This document shows, one piece after another, positions 41,954 through 55,899 of a stretch of 64,000 nt of DNA. Every line of letters starts with the position of its first letter. The first letter of the stretch is position 1. Origin of the DNA: Octopus vulgaris (taxonomy: Eukaryota); assembly GCA_951406725.2 (NCBI GenBank), contig OX597819.1:50530001-50594000 (forward strand), given 5' to 3'. A model generated the notes under the pieces. That model saw only the letters and a list, made by a program, of their open reading frames with translations. It was not told the DNA's origin and did not search any database. A program made the translations under genes and the position numbers.

Positions 41954-42907
41954 TACATGTATATATTCAAACACACACATATATATATGTGAGTGTGTGT
42001 ATGTATATATATATATATATATATATACATACACATATAAACGTATGTATGTGTGTATTTTTTTATACACACACATTCACATAATTATGCGCATATACAT
42101 AAGTAAACATTTATACATATACATACACAAAGACAGACAGACACACACACACACACACACACACATATATGTATGATTGCTTTCGTGTATGTATGTATGT
42201 ATATATGTATGTGTCTATGTATGTATGTATGTATGCATGCATGCATTTATGTATGGTTACACATAGCAGAAACATATAACAGGAGAGAGAGAGAGAGAGA
42301 GAGTGAGTGAAAGATAGAGAGAAAGAGAGAGAGAGAGAGAGAGAGGGCGAGTGAAAGAGAGAGAAAGTGTGCAGTGTTAAACATAGCAAAAATTGGTAAA
42401 AAAAACAAAAAAACACGTAGAACAGAAACAAACTCCAACAAAAAAAAACAAATAAACAAACAAACATAGTTTATCAAAAGGATAAAAAAAAAATATCAAT
42501 AGCAACGATACCCGCAACAACAACAACAAAAACAACAAACAAACAAACAAAACAACAACAGTTGCAACAACAGCAACAATAATAACAAGGAGAAGAGCAA
42601 CAAATTTTTCTCTCTTACTAATTTCTAATTAATTAGCAATCAGCTGGTCTACCAACACTTACTCACACATAGGCACTTTCACGCACGCATACATACAAAA
42701 ACATGGTCGTGCAGCGATGTCTTTTTATATTCTGACATCTCTCTCTTTTCCCGCCCGTGTTTCTATAAAACTTTTTTTTTCCTCTTTCATTCAATTCTAA
42801 CACGTTCACTGATGAAGATTTTTAATGAGACTTCCATTGGCTAACAACTAACCTCTCCTTCCTTCCCTCTCTCCCTCTTTCTCTCTCTCTCCCTCACACA
42901 CATACAT

Positions 42908-43079
<172 letters not shown>

Positions 43080-43161
43080 ATGTATAATATATATTCACAT
43101 ACGCTGACACATACACACACACATACACACACATATACATACATGTATAAAAATATATATA

Positions 43162-43225
<64 letters not shown>

Positions 43226-43258
43226 CACTCACACACATACACATGTATACACATACAT

Positions 43259-43314
<56 letters not shown>

Positions 43315-43733
43315 CGCGTGTGTCCGTATATCGCTAATTGTTTTTGTTGTTGTTGTGAGTGGTGGGCGAGGTTGGAATGGGTGCTCTGTTATCATTACTA
43401 CTGCTGCCATTGCTATTGCTGTTGCTGTTGTCATCGTTTGTGTTATTGTTGTTGTTGTTGTTGATTTTAGTGTTCGTAGTAATGGCGGATGGTTGTTATT
43501 TTTGTGATGTGTTTGTATATCGCATCTATTTCATTTTGGCCACTCTCTACCTCCAACTCTTGTACTCTCACTCTTTCTGTTGCTCTTTCTTCCCTTTCTC
43601 TCTCTCTCTCTCCACTCTCTCGCCGTTTCTATTTTGCTTCTCTCTTACTTTCGTTTCCCCTCTCTCTTTAATGAATTTATTTTCGGAATATTATTACGTT
43701 TTAAGTTGTTTAATGTTTCAACTTCATTTTAGA

Positions 43734-43832
<99 letters not shown>

Positions 43833-44852
43833 GAGCAACAGCAGCAGTAGTAGCAGCAATAGCTGTGGTCCATATTTTCTTAGCAACAAACCTATATCCA
43901 AGACGTTCCAGCCATGCCATCCCGTCTGTTTTCCATGTAATGTATCTTTACTGAATTTAACCTTTCTTTTCTCCGACTGTAAGTGTGATTTGAAGGAAAT
44001 TTAGTTACTATTTCTTACAAGCTACACGACCATATAAACGCTTCTTTGTTTGATCTTCTTCTTCTTCTTCTTCTTCTTCTTCTTCTTCTTCTTCTTCTTC
44101 TTCTTCTTCTTCTTCTTCTTCTTCTTCTTCTTCTTCTTTTTCTTTCTTCTTCTTCTTCTTCTTCTTCTTCTTCTTCTTCTCCTCCTCCTCCTCTTCCTCC
44201 TCTGCTTCTCCTCCGTCTCCTCTGCTTCTCCTCCCTCTCCTCCCCCTTCTTCTTCTCAGTGGTGTTGGTGGTGGTAAAGGTAGTAGTAGTAGGAGTTATT
44301 GTTGTTGCCAACGCTTATCAACGATGCTATTGCTGATGCGAACTATTATTGCTGCTGTAGATACAAATTGGTTTTGTTGTTGTTGTTGATGATGATGATG
44401 ATGATGATGCTAATCATTGTTTTTATACCGTTGATATTGATGCTGCCCATTTTTTTGTGGCTGCCTGTATTAATCATTGATATGTTGCTAATGTGGGTGT
44501 TATTGATGCTAATTCTTATCATTCTTATTGCTATCAATGCTTATAGTCGTTATTGCTGTTGTCGTTGCTATTGCTGCTGATGACATCAATTATTGTTGCT
44601 GGTGTTGCTGCCATTGTTAATTATTGCTAATACCGATGCTGCTATTGATGCTAATTGTCGTTTGCCGCGTTGTTGTTATTGTTGTTGTAGATGCGAATCA
44701 TTATCCTTGCCATTGCTGCCTTTGCTAATTGTTGTTGCTAGTGTTGTCCTTGATGTAAACTATCATTATTTCTGTTGCTATCGATCCTAATTGTCGTTGC
44801 TAGCACTGACTCGGCAATGAAATCTGGTTAGGGGGTGCAAACCCAAGTCCTT

Positions 44853-45357
<505 letters not shown>

Positions 45358-46278
45358 ATATGCAATTTTTTTTTACGATAAGGGACTCATTTTTTATTTA
45401 TTTATTTTTGTTCTTTGTTCTTTGAGAAGAACCCTAACTTCAAGCTACTTTTTACAGATCCCTTTTCACGCATTGTTTTCTAAACCCGAAAAAAGTAAGT
45501 AGGGATACAAATTTTGATTTTGCACCTCACAAATATTTTAGGAGGTACGCGTGCACCTCCTGCACACTCTGGTCGCGGGCCCAAGGTCGCTAGTGCTGTT
45601 TCCGATGTTAATTATTATTTTTTCTGTTGTTATCGATGCTAAATCTTGTTGCTATCGGTGTTGTTTGCGATAGTTATTGTTATCTCCGTTTGTGATGCTA
45701 CTGTTGATGCTGCTTTTTTGGGTTGCTATTTCCGTTGCAGCTTGTAATTACTGTTGTTATTGTTGCTATCGTTGCCGTTGATACTTCTATCAATATATTG
45801 TCGTTGTCTGTTATTATCATTATTGTTGCTGTTGTGTTTTTGTTGTTATATGTGCCGTTGCTAATGTGACTTACTGACGGCGTCGTTAGAGTGTCGGGAG
45901 AAAATGCTTAGTGGTATTCACTGTATTTCATTACAGTCTGGTTTTAAATCCCATCTAGAGCAACTTTTCCTTTCATCTTTACAATATGAATGAAACAAAG
46001 TGCCAGTCATGTACTGGGGTCAATGGTATCAATTATCTATCTTCCCCTCAAAATTGCTGAACTTGTGTCTAAATCAAAAGCCATTATTTGTACTGTTATT
46101 ATTGATACTGAGATAGGTGTTACTATTCTTGTTATCCTTTGATTAGCATTTGTATTTCAATGGACATTTGTTAGAAGCTGTGCAAAGGCAATAATAATAC
46201 CAAGAACTTAGTTCTTGTTGTCGGCAGTATCACAAGGAACGTAGAGATATATACAATTCGAAAAAGATCTATCTGGAT

Positions 46279-46480
46279 TAGTGGTTCTCAACCAGTTTTT
46301 TGCCTATTGACCCCTTTTGATTCCTATTGTACACGGGTGGACCCTCATACCAATTCAATGTTTTAAAAAATTCCATCATATTTTTTTCATGAAATATTAA
46401 GAATTGTATTTAAAAAATTGTTAAATTATTTTGTGTATAGCGGAAGTGTAAGCAATTTATTGCAAATAAATTTTAACAAA
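46279..46480 (+). mobile_element. Possible hAT-type MITE left end
   Basis: Begins TAGTGGTTCTCAACC, similar to the CAGTGGTTCTCAA ends of hAT-Charlie elements. No right end found. Confidence 0.4.
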
Positions 46481-46589
46481 ATTGTTTATGTTGGTATTGC
46501 TGCTGAAGTTATTGCTCTCCTCCTCCCCTTTTTATAATAATAATAATAAAAATAATAATAATAATGATAATAATAATAATAATAATAAT

Positions 46590-46960
46590 AGAGAAAGAAA
46601 ACAATGTTGGATCATAGATATATCGGGCCCAGCTGACAACAAGGTATGCGATAAGGAAGAACGAAAAGTTGAGAGATATCAAAGGTTAGCTTGGGAAGTT
46701 AAGCAGGTGTGCTCGATGTAAAAGGTAGCAGTAGGACCAATAATTGTCCGAGCCCTGGGAACAGTGAGTAAAAATCTCGAGAAGTATGTGGAACAAATAG
46801 GGGCTACAATAAGGGTGGAGCACTTGCAGAAAACAGCACTGCTTGGAACCGCTCGAATACTCTGGAAGGTGCTCGAAAATAAGAGGTGTTAACTTAGTTC
46901 ACTGGTAGTAATCAGCTAACACTGTAGTAAATCTCCAGCGTTAGAAGCTGTGCAAAGGTA
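46590..46960 (+). mobile_element. 3' fragment of an R4/Dong-clade LINE inserted in (TAA)n
   Basis: RERKQCWIIDISGPADNKVCDKEERKVERYQRLAWEVKQVCSM*KVAVGPIIVRALGTVSKNL...LQKTALLGTARILWKVLE is the C-terminal part of a restriction-like endonuclease. Its last 25 nt or so (GTTAGAAGCTGTGCAAAGG+TAA repeats) also occur alone at about 46170. Confidence 0.85.
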
Positions 46961-47631
46961 ATAATTATGATTATGGTTATTATTATTGTTATTGGTGTTG
47001 TTTTCGTTTTGCTGTTGTTTCTTGTTGGATTTCATGGTGTGAAAATGAGTTTACTTGTTTCCAAACACAGTATTATGGTGGACATTACCAAATGAAATTC
47101 TATTTGGAAAAGTTACTAAAATGAATTATAATTATCTGAGGAATGTTAACCCCAGACCCACATGGATAGATAAAGAAAGAAACTTTTTATAGATTTTATT
47201 TGATTACACGCACTGACCACATTTCACATTCAAATGATTACAACACATGGACGCAGTACAAGATAAAATACTGCAATAACAAATGAAGCGAAAAAGATAT
47301 CACAAAGCAAATTACACGACCGAATGAAAAAAGAAGAGAAAGTGAATACTTTAATGAACAAATAATAGAAAACATATTTCAAACAGTCTAACAGATAATT
47401 TTGAAGATAATGAGAACAACAGTAACAACAACCGCAGGACTTGCACAGGTTCAGGCAATATAAATCAGTCATAGAGCTACTCTTGCATCTCTTGTAACAC
47501 GTCCGGAAGATTTAGATTTATTACAGTTTACGGAAAAAAATGTAGTTAGGTCAATTTTATAAAATCAAGCAGTACTTCTTTGCCGCACTATAAAATGCCA
47601 GAGATAGAGATGGATATATAGACAGATAGGC

Positions 47632-47680
<49 letters not shown>

Positions 47681-47853
47681 GAGGGGGAAGAGAAAGTAAG
47701 AATGAGAGAGAAAGAGAGAGAGAGAGAGGGATGATAGAGGAAAGAAAGGCACCGCTATAGAATTACCGTTGCAGCAATAATTACAAGCTCCGCAGGAAAT
47801 CTAGCCAGAAATTCTCTCAGTCCAAAGGGAAAAAGTTGTGAGACTATCTGCTG

Positions 47854-48279
47854 CAGCGCTGGATTAACCATTATGCAAAATAAGCACGTGTTTAGGGCGT
47901 CAAGGGAAGGAGGTGACACCACAGAAATGGTCAATGGTTTACGGCACAAAAGAAACCACTTTAAACTTGCTAAAATAATATTCAGGATGCCTTTATCTCT
48001 ACTAAGTATTGATGCAGATGTGTTACCTAAGATTAATTTTGAGGATTTGATCAAAGACTTCGCAATTCAAAAAAGTAGGAGAAAACTTTTCAAATATAAA
48101 TAAAGTGGAAATATACAGAAATAAACATTATTTTCCTTCTTACTGTTTTGTTTCGTTTTGAAAAATAAGAATTTATTTTATGGTTTGTTATTGTTTATAT
48201 TTTGAATTACATAATCTTTTATGGGGGCACCAAAATCTTTTAAGTGCTTAAGGCCTCGATGGGTCTGAATCCGGCTCTG
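47854..48279 (+). mobile_element. Non-autonomous hAT DNA transposon (probably Tip100-like), internally deleted
   Basis: TIRs CAGCGCTGGATT and (reverse complement) CAGAGCCGGATT. 8-bp TSD ATCTGCTG/ATCTGCTA. Retains the transposase C-terminus LSLLSIDADVLPKINFEDLIKDFAIQKSRRK. Confidence 0.85.
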
Positions 48280-48661
48280 ATCTGCTACATTGTAAAAACT
48301 GAAGACCCAGCCAAAAATATAGGATGAAATTGTCAGATATATTCCTGCACATACACTCATGTCACAATATATAGGGCAAAGAAATACAAAGGTGACGGTA
48401 AGATATATTAGGAAAGATCTGGATCTGTGGCCGGTCGTCACTTTTACATCGCAGTATGAGTGAGAGGTTAGAGCAGGGTTAGGCAACACGTGATCAGGGT
48501 ATATCAAGAAGGACTTGCAATTCCTAATGGCTCGCGAAGGCTGCAAAGCTATACCAGAATTATGCTTAGCTAAAGACGTGGGGACAGAGAATGTTAGTTG
48601 AATGGTGCAGGTAAATGATTAGCTAATGCATAAGTCGTAGCGAAAACCTGCTCAGTAGAAC

Positions 48662-48812
<151 letters not shown>

Positions 48813-48838
48813 ATTATTATTATTATTATTATTATTAC

Positions 48839-50303
48839 TTTTTTTTTCTTCTTTCAAATTTGCTTCCATTTCTTGCCGAGTGTCTTCCCGACTCCTAGGG
48901 CAAAGAAACTCATAGTATACATTGGTAGGCCATTAAACCAAACTCAATAGTTCGTTCATTTAAAAAAAATAAAAAAAAATAATTTTTTTTTTTAAGTTAA
49001 ATTAAAATACATGAGCAGCAACAGTTCTCACATCGACAATGCTCTTCTCAATACGTGTGATGTACCAGTTAAGACAATCTTTTGCACTTCTTGCAGGGAT
49101 GGTAAGCCAGGGATCATTCTCATATAATTTTCGGTTCCCTTCTTGATCATTCCTAGTGCTCCTACGATCACTGGTATTGTAACCGCCTTGAGATGCCACA
49201 TTTTCTCAATTTCAATGAGTAGGTCTTTATATTTTCTGAGCTTGTCAAACTCTTTCGCTGAGATATTATGATCACAGGGGATGCTCATGTCGATCAATAA
49301 GCAAACTTTATTGTTTTGGTCTTTCACAACAATATCTGGTTTATTGGCCTTGATGGTTCGGTCTGTATGTACTGGAAAGTCCCACAGAATGGTTACATTT
49401 TCTCCTTCAGTTACAGCCCCAGGGTGGTGATTATACCACTTGTCGGCAGTTTTGATATTGTAATGCCGACTTATTAGCCAGTGGAGATATTGGCCAACTC
49501 TGTCATGTCTTAATTTATACTCCACTGGTGCTAAGACTTTACATCCAGAGATTAGGTGGTCCACTGTTTCAATCATGTCGTTGCAGAATCGGCATTTTGG
49601 ATCTGCTCCATTTTTCATCACATTGGCCTGGTAGTTCCGGGTTAATAGGCTTTGATCTTGAGCAGCCAGGATGAAACCTTCGCTCTCTGCTTTTAGCCCT
49701 GAGCTCCGTAGCTACTGATGGGTTTGCTTCTGGTCAACATCAGCTTGTTTGCTGCGGGTCACATATTTGCCGTGCAGAGGTTTCTCCTCCCACCTATCAG
49801 CCAATTGCTCGTGCGCTTTTTTCATTGCCATCATTTTCACCTTCTTTGCAACAATAGTTGCCGTACTTCCCTCGGGTTGTTCAGTTTGGGTATCCTGCAC
49901 GAGATCAATAGCAAATTTTTTGCTTTCATTTATGATAGAATGAAGCTTCTTTCGTCTCTCGTGATTTTCCACGAGCTTTAGCATCCAGTCATTCGATATT
50001 TCGAGATATTTGGCCAGTCCAATTGTGGTTGTTTTGTAAGCTAGTTCAAATTGGATCAGGCCTCGACCTCCTTGGGCTCTGGGAAGGTAAAGGCGATCTA
50101 CGTCTGCCTTTGGGTGGTGCATCCTATTACAACTCAGCAACTTGCGTATTTTCCTATCTATATTCTTTACTTCACTCATATTCCAGTTCAACACATTGTA
50201 GCTATAAGTAACAACTGGAACTGCTAAGGAATTTATAGCTAACACCTTGTTACGTGCATTTAGTTCAGATTTCAGGACTGCACGAACTCTCCTATAACAT
50301 TCC
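48839..50303 (-). mobile_element. 5'-truncated R4/Dong-clade non-LTR retrotransposon inserted in (TAA)n
   Basis: (ATT)n on both sides (48662-48838, 50304-50560). Motifs HHPKADVDRLYLPR..GGRGL, AAQDQ, CCHC finger CRFC..ETVDHLISGC, RHD, KPDIVV..ID..IP.D...K..KY. Confidence 0.95.
49028..50300 (-). pseudogene. Dong/R4 ORF C-terminal part (RT thumb region, CCHC finger, restriction-like endonuclease), one in-frame TAG
   Basis: ORFs 49712..50245 and 49028..49621 are in the same frame, separated by a single stop at 49712-49714 (THQ*LRSSGLK). Confidence 0.9.
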
Positions 50304-51143
<840 letters not shown>

Positions 51144-51259
51144 TTCTTCTTCTTCTTCTTCTTCTTCTTCTTCTTCTTCTTCTTCTTCTTCTTCTTCTTC
51201 TTCTTCTTCTTCTTCTTCTTCTTCTTCTTCTTCTTCTTCTTCTTCTTCATCTTCTTCTT

Positions 51260-51299
<40 letters not shown>

Positions 51300-52737
51300 T
51301 ATTATATTATTAAGATGATGAGAATGAGGCGGAAAGAACACGCTGAAGGTAATATGTTGTTAAATGATGAAAGCATTAATTTTGTTTGTGGTTGTTATGT
51401 AGTGATAGTGTTGTTGAGAATTTTAGTGATAATAGTGTAAGCAGAAGTAATAATGTTTCAGGTTATCGTATTGTTTGAAGCAGACTGAGATTAGTTGTAA
51501 TAATATTGGTGATAGTAATAGTGTCGGAGAAGATGGTGATAGTACTGGTGTAGTGTTGGCGACTGTGTTAAGGAAGCTGGTGAATAGCGTTGGTGGAAAT
51601 GATAATGCTAGTCAAAAATGTTTGTCAAATTGTCGACATTACTTGTGGTGATGATAATATAAGCTGTGCAATAATGTCAGTGAATGTGTTGATTGAATTG
51701 AATGCGGTGACAGCGTTGGTGGGCTAAGTATAGAAGTGGTAACAATTATATGGATGGCCGTGATAGTAGCGGAGTGGGTGATAATGTTGATTGGGTGATA
51801 GCGTTGGTTGTGGTAACGGTATTAGTAAAGGTGGTGGTAGCATCGGTGATTGGATTGGTGGTGGTGATTCTTGTCGTGACGCTAGCGTGGATGGCAGCGA
51901 GAGTATTGGTAATGGTGGTGGTGGTGGTGGTGGTAACTGTGGTGGTTGTACTGGCGTTGGCGATAGTGTCAGCAAAGTTGATAATACGGTTAATGTCGGT
52001 AAATGTGTTGGTGTGGTGGTAGTAATGCTGTTGTTGGTGATAGTATTATTTACAGAAGTACCATTCGTAATGGTAGTAGTAGTAGTAGGAGTAGTAGTAA
52101 TAGTGGTGGTAAGCGGTGAGAAAGAACAAAAATATTTCAAAAGCAAGAATTAATATGTGCTGTGATGAAAGCTCTGAAATTTGGTAATTAATTGTGAGTA
52201 AATTAATTTCCAATCCTTTGAAGGTGCTGCAGGAAAATAACATTAGGTTAGATTAATACGTTTCCGCCATATTGCTCATTATTTCGACATTCTCCTACAC
52301 ACTTCATAATTTCTTCTTTGTTCCACGAGATTGAAACAGCTTAACTTGTGATAATAGTCTTATGAAATACACAAAAGGCACCTCCACCTCTTCCCTCAAC
52401 CCTACCTTTGCCTCTTCTTGCTTATGACTCCAGAGTTTCATGGGAAATTAAGCATTAAGTAGTAGCTGAAGAAAGTGATTAGGGTTTCGACAGAGAGGAA
52501 ATAACCTGACCTCTGTTCTCTTCACCTCACCGACCTCTTGTAACCACTTTGTTCGTTATAGTTTCTAGACAATGAACAACAAACTACCTGCGTAACAACA
52601 CCGCTTGCCAAACGAAGACGTTGGTGTATGGATAATATTGATTCATCGTAAACATATTGATACACATAATACAAACAGCGATTAACAATAACAAGAACAA
52701 TTGTAATACTGATTTCTGATTTAGGCACAAGTAAAAC

Positions 52738-53037
52738 TGTGCATTATTTACATTATTTACATTCGACACATATTTGTCCTCATCTCATTTGTTGTTTACA
52801 TTATTTACATTATTTACATTTGACAGATATTTGTCCTCATCTTGTTTGTTAACACGTTTCGGCTGATATACCCTCCAGCCTTCTTCAGGTGTTTTGGGGA
52901 AATTTCGAACATGGGTTCTCATTTCTAAGGTATTTTTCGATATTATTATTATTATTATTATTCAGGTCACTGCTTGGAATCGAATTCGGAATCTTGGGGT
53001 TAGTAGCCCGCGCTCTTAACCACTACGCCATATGCCC
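52738..53037 (-). mobile_element. tRNA(Ser)-like-headed SINE with hammerhead-ribozyme motif and tandem 3' tail
   Basis: Reverse complement: GGGCATATGGCGTAGTGGTTAAGAGCGCGGGCTACTAACCCC...TTCGATTCC head, (AAT)n, then AACAC-CTGAAGA-a-GGCTG(gagggtatat)CAGCC-GAAAC-GTGTT, then a duplicated GATGAGGACAAATAT...(TGTAAATAA)n tail. Confidence 0.75.
52849..52894 (-). ncRNA. Minimal type I hammerhead ribozyme motif, probably inactive (cleavage triplet missing)
   Basis: CUGAAGA core, perfect 5-bp stem II, GAAAC, and stem I AACAC/GUGUU. No NUH triplet lies between GAAAC and stem I. Confidence 0.6.
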
Positions 53038-53081
53038 GTGGGCATATGGCGTTGTGGTTATGAGGACAAATATCGTTGAAT

Positions 53082-54155
53082 ATATATTGTTGTTGTTGGC
53101 ATCCTTTCTGTCTCGGGAGACAATGGAGTTGCGCATGAAGTAGTCTAGTCCGGCTTTTATATTTCATGTCCTGATACATTTCCTGCTGTGGCTGTGTAGT
53201 CCTATCCTGGACAAACACTCCCTCTGGCAGGTACCGCAAATGTAGCGAAGACTGTTCCTGGCTGGTTGTAGTGCCATAGTCTCTTGTTTACGACTCTTCC
53301 TTTCTTTCCATTTCTCCTCTCTCTCTCTGTCACTCCTTTGTATTCCCTCTTTTACGGTACGTCGCCATTCTCCACGGTTGCCGGCAACTGCCTCCCAACC
53401 GCTAATATTGATGTTGCAGGCCTTCATGTCCCTTTTGCAAACATCCTTGTAGCGTAAGATCGGTCTACCCACAGACCTAGTACCCCTAGCAAGCTCTCCG
53501 TAGAGTATGTCCTTGGGGATTCTGCCATCTTTCATACGGCTAACATGCCCAAGCCATCTCATACGTCTTTGTGTGAGGAGTGCAAGCATGCTTGGTATTC
53601 CTGCTTGCCTGAGGACATCTTTGTTGGGGATATGATTCTGCCTTTTGATGCGGAGGATTTTTCGGAGGCAGCGCAGGTGAAAGATGTTTAGGCGACGCTC
53701 TTGGCGTGTGTATAGCGTCCAGGTCTCACTTCCATACAGTAGAGTGCTGAGTACACATGCCTGGTAGATCTTCATTTTCGTGGTCTTGGTCAGCTTATTG
53801 TTGTTCCAAGCCCGTTTGGAGAGTTGGGCCATCGCAGCAGATGCCTTGCCAATGCGTATATTGAGCTCAGCGTCAAGGGATAGGTTGTAGGTGACGGTAG
53901 AGCCAAGATAGGTAAACTTCTCCACCTCTTGTAATCTGTGGTCTCCAATATGTATGTTTGGGATGTCCGATGTAGCCTGGCTCATGATGTTGGTCTTCTT
54001 AAGGCTGATAGCTAAGCCAAAGTCGTTACATGCTTGCTCAAAACAGTTAATGAGCCTTTGGAGGGCTTCTTCTGTGTGTGTTACCAGAGCGGTATTTTAC
54101 TGGTACTTTTCACAGAAGAAGCCCTCCAAAGGCTCATTAACTGTTTTGAGTAAGC
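53082..54155 (-). mobile_element. Young 5'-truncated RTE-clade LINE with 5' inversion and 10-bp TSD
   Basis: 3' end GAGACAGAAAGGATGCC(AAC)n. TSD ATCGTTGAAT at 53072-53081 and 54156-54165. 54111-54157 is an inverted copy of about 54030-54076. Confidence 0.93.
53164..54090 (-). CDS. Partial RTE reverse transcriptase ORF (from just after the YADD motif to the C-terminal zinc-finger-like end), uninterrupted but 5'-truncated
   Basis: ALVTHTEEALQRLINCF...GLAISLKKT; FTYLGS; RIGKAS; LLYGSETWT; FHLRCLRKIL; RWLGHVSRM.DGRIPK.ILYGEL; CGTC...IGLHSHSRKC. Confidence 0.85.
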   Translation of the reverse strand, partial: ALVTHTEEALQRLINCFEQACNDFGLAISLKKTNIMSQATSDIPNIHIGDHRLQEVEKFTYLGSTVTYNLSLDAELNIRIGKASAAMAQLSKRAWNNNKLTKTTKMKIYQACVLSTLLYGSETWTLYTRQERRLNIFHLRCLRKILRIKRQNHIPNKDVLRQAGIPSMLALLTQRRMRWLGHVSRMKDGRIPKDILYGELARGTRSVGRPILRYKDVCKRDMKACNINISGWEAVAGNRGEWRRTVKEGIQRSDREREEKWKERKSRKQETMALQPARNSLRYICGTCQRECLSRIGLHSHSRKCIRT

Positions 54156-54229
54156 ATCGTTGAATGTAAATAATGTAAATAATGTATATAATTCCTCATC
54201 TCTTAAATATAGAACTGTACAAGTAAAAC

Positions 54230-55020
54230 AGTTTTTGAGGGGAGGGGCTTTGTCAGTACCTGGACCCTGATTCTGACTAGTACTTTTATTTTTATGGACT
54301 TCGAAAGGACGAAAAGCCAAGTTGATTTCGGTGGGTTTTGAACAAAGAACGTAGAAAGCTGGAAAGGATATTGCTAAGCACTTTGTTCGACGCGCTAGCG
54401 ATTCTGCAAACTCGCCACCTTTAAAGGACGGCTGTAGTAATGATTTCTAATCTTAGGTGAAGAACAAGTTTTTGTGGGTGGTGGGGTGATTGGCTAGTCG
54501 ATACCTATTTCTTTACTACCCACAAGGGGCTAAACACAGAGAGGACAAACAAGGACAGACAACGGATTAAGTCGATTACGTCGACTCCAGTGCGTAACTG
54601 GTACTTATTTAATCGACCTCGAAAGGATGAAAGGCAAAGTCGACCTCGGCAGAATTTGAACTCAGAACGTAGCGGCAGACGAAATACCGCTAAGCCTTTC
54701 GCCCGGCGTGCTAACGACTCTGCCAGCTTACCGCCTTTTGGTTAGTCGATACCATCGACTTTAGAACTTGACTGGTATCTTATTTAATCGACCCCAGAAG
54801 GATTAAAGGTAAATTTAAATTCGGTGGTATTTGAACTCAGAACGTAAAGAGCCGGAACAAATACCACCATACACTTTATCCGGCGCTCTAAATAATCTGC
54901 CAATCCAAAATCGTTGTTTCTAATTTAGACACAATATCATAAATTTTTAGGGGAGCGGGCTTAGTCTACAGAACCGACACAAGTTCTTGAGCTGTACTTT
55001 ATTTTATCGACTCCTAGGGG
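54230..55020 (-). mobile_element. Nested cluster of SINE B copies; young copy 54506-54737 has a 16-bp TSD
   Basis: TTGG(C/T)TAGTCGATACC at 54490-54505 and 54738-54753. Confidence 0.88.
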
Positions 55021-55140
55021 TGCGAGATGAAAGCAAAGCTAATCTCGACGCAGTAGTGATATGACGAAGATCTGACTGCAAAGTCGAACAAGTCAGCCGA
55101 CCGTGAATGGGACTCCACCTAGACTAATTATGCTCTGTGC

Positions 55141-55637
55141 TGTTGTTGTTGTTCTTCTTCCAATCGGGTCTCACGCCATTAGCTACAAAGAATAATCTCT
55201 AATTCGAGCCTACTCCAAGCTACTAAGAATGCGTGTGGCAACTTGAAGATCCATCCACCACACGCGATAGACTGGCGGTTGCACGGGCGCGAAAGCTACG
55301 TTATTATCCTCATTCCGTATACGGTGGCTTTTTAACGGGTGGAGAGCTGAACCATCCTGGGGTACAGAGGATTCGCAATCTAGACTAGGGTCTGAAAGTT
55401 TAGCACACCATAGTGGGTTACACCATGGTTCCTCTGCTTTGTGGCAGAAGTAGGAAGAAAGAGTGAGAGGAAATTGTGGTGACAGAGTACAGCGGGGTTC
55501 ACCCCCTACCCGCCGGAGCTTCGTGGAGCTTAGGTGTTTTTGCTCAATAAACACTCACAATGCCCGGTCTGGGAAACGAAACCGCGTTCTTAGGACCGCG
55601 AGTCTGCTGCCCTAACCATTGGGCCATTGCGCCTCCA
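55141..55637 (-). mobile_element. tRNA-derived SINE of about 500 bp, family C head and body with a different long tail
   Basis: Reverse-complement head TGGAGGCGCAATGGCCCAATGGTTAGGGC, (CAA)n end, TSD CTGTGCTGTTGTT at 55135-55147 and 55638-55650. Confidence 0.85.
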
Positions 55638-55899
55638 CTGTGCTGTTGTTTAGCCCCGAGTCAGTCCTATTGATCAAAGTCTATAATCAAAACCCTTCCA
55701 GTCGTGACGGTAAAATATGACAAAAATTTAGTTGCTGTCCCTGGTAGGACGAGAGACTACGTCAATGGTGGTCAAAATGTCTTGATGTATTACATAACAA
55801 AGACATAAATAGCTTGGAATTTTTTCGTGGTAGGTTCGAATCTCGGCAGGATCAATTATATACTTTTTTCTCAAGGAAACTTTTAAAATTGCTTCGAAT

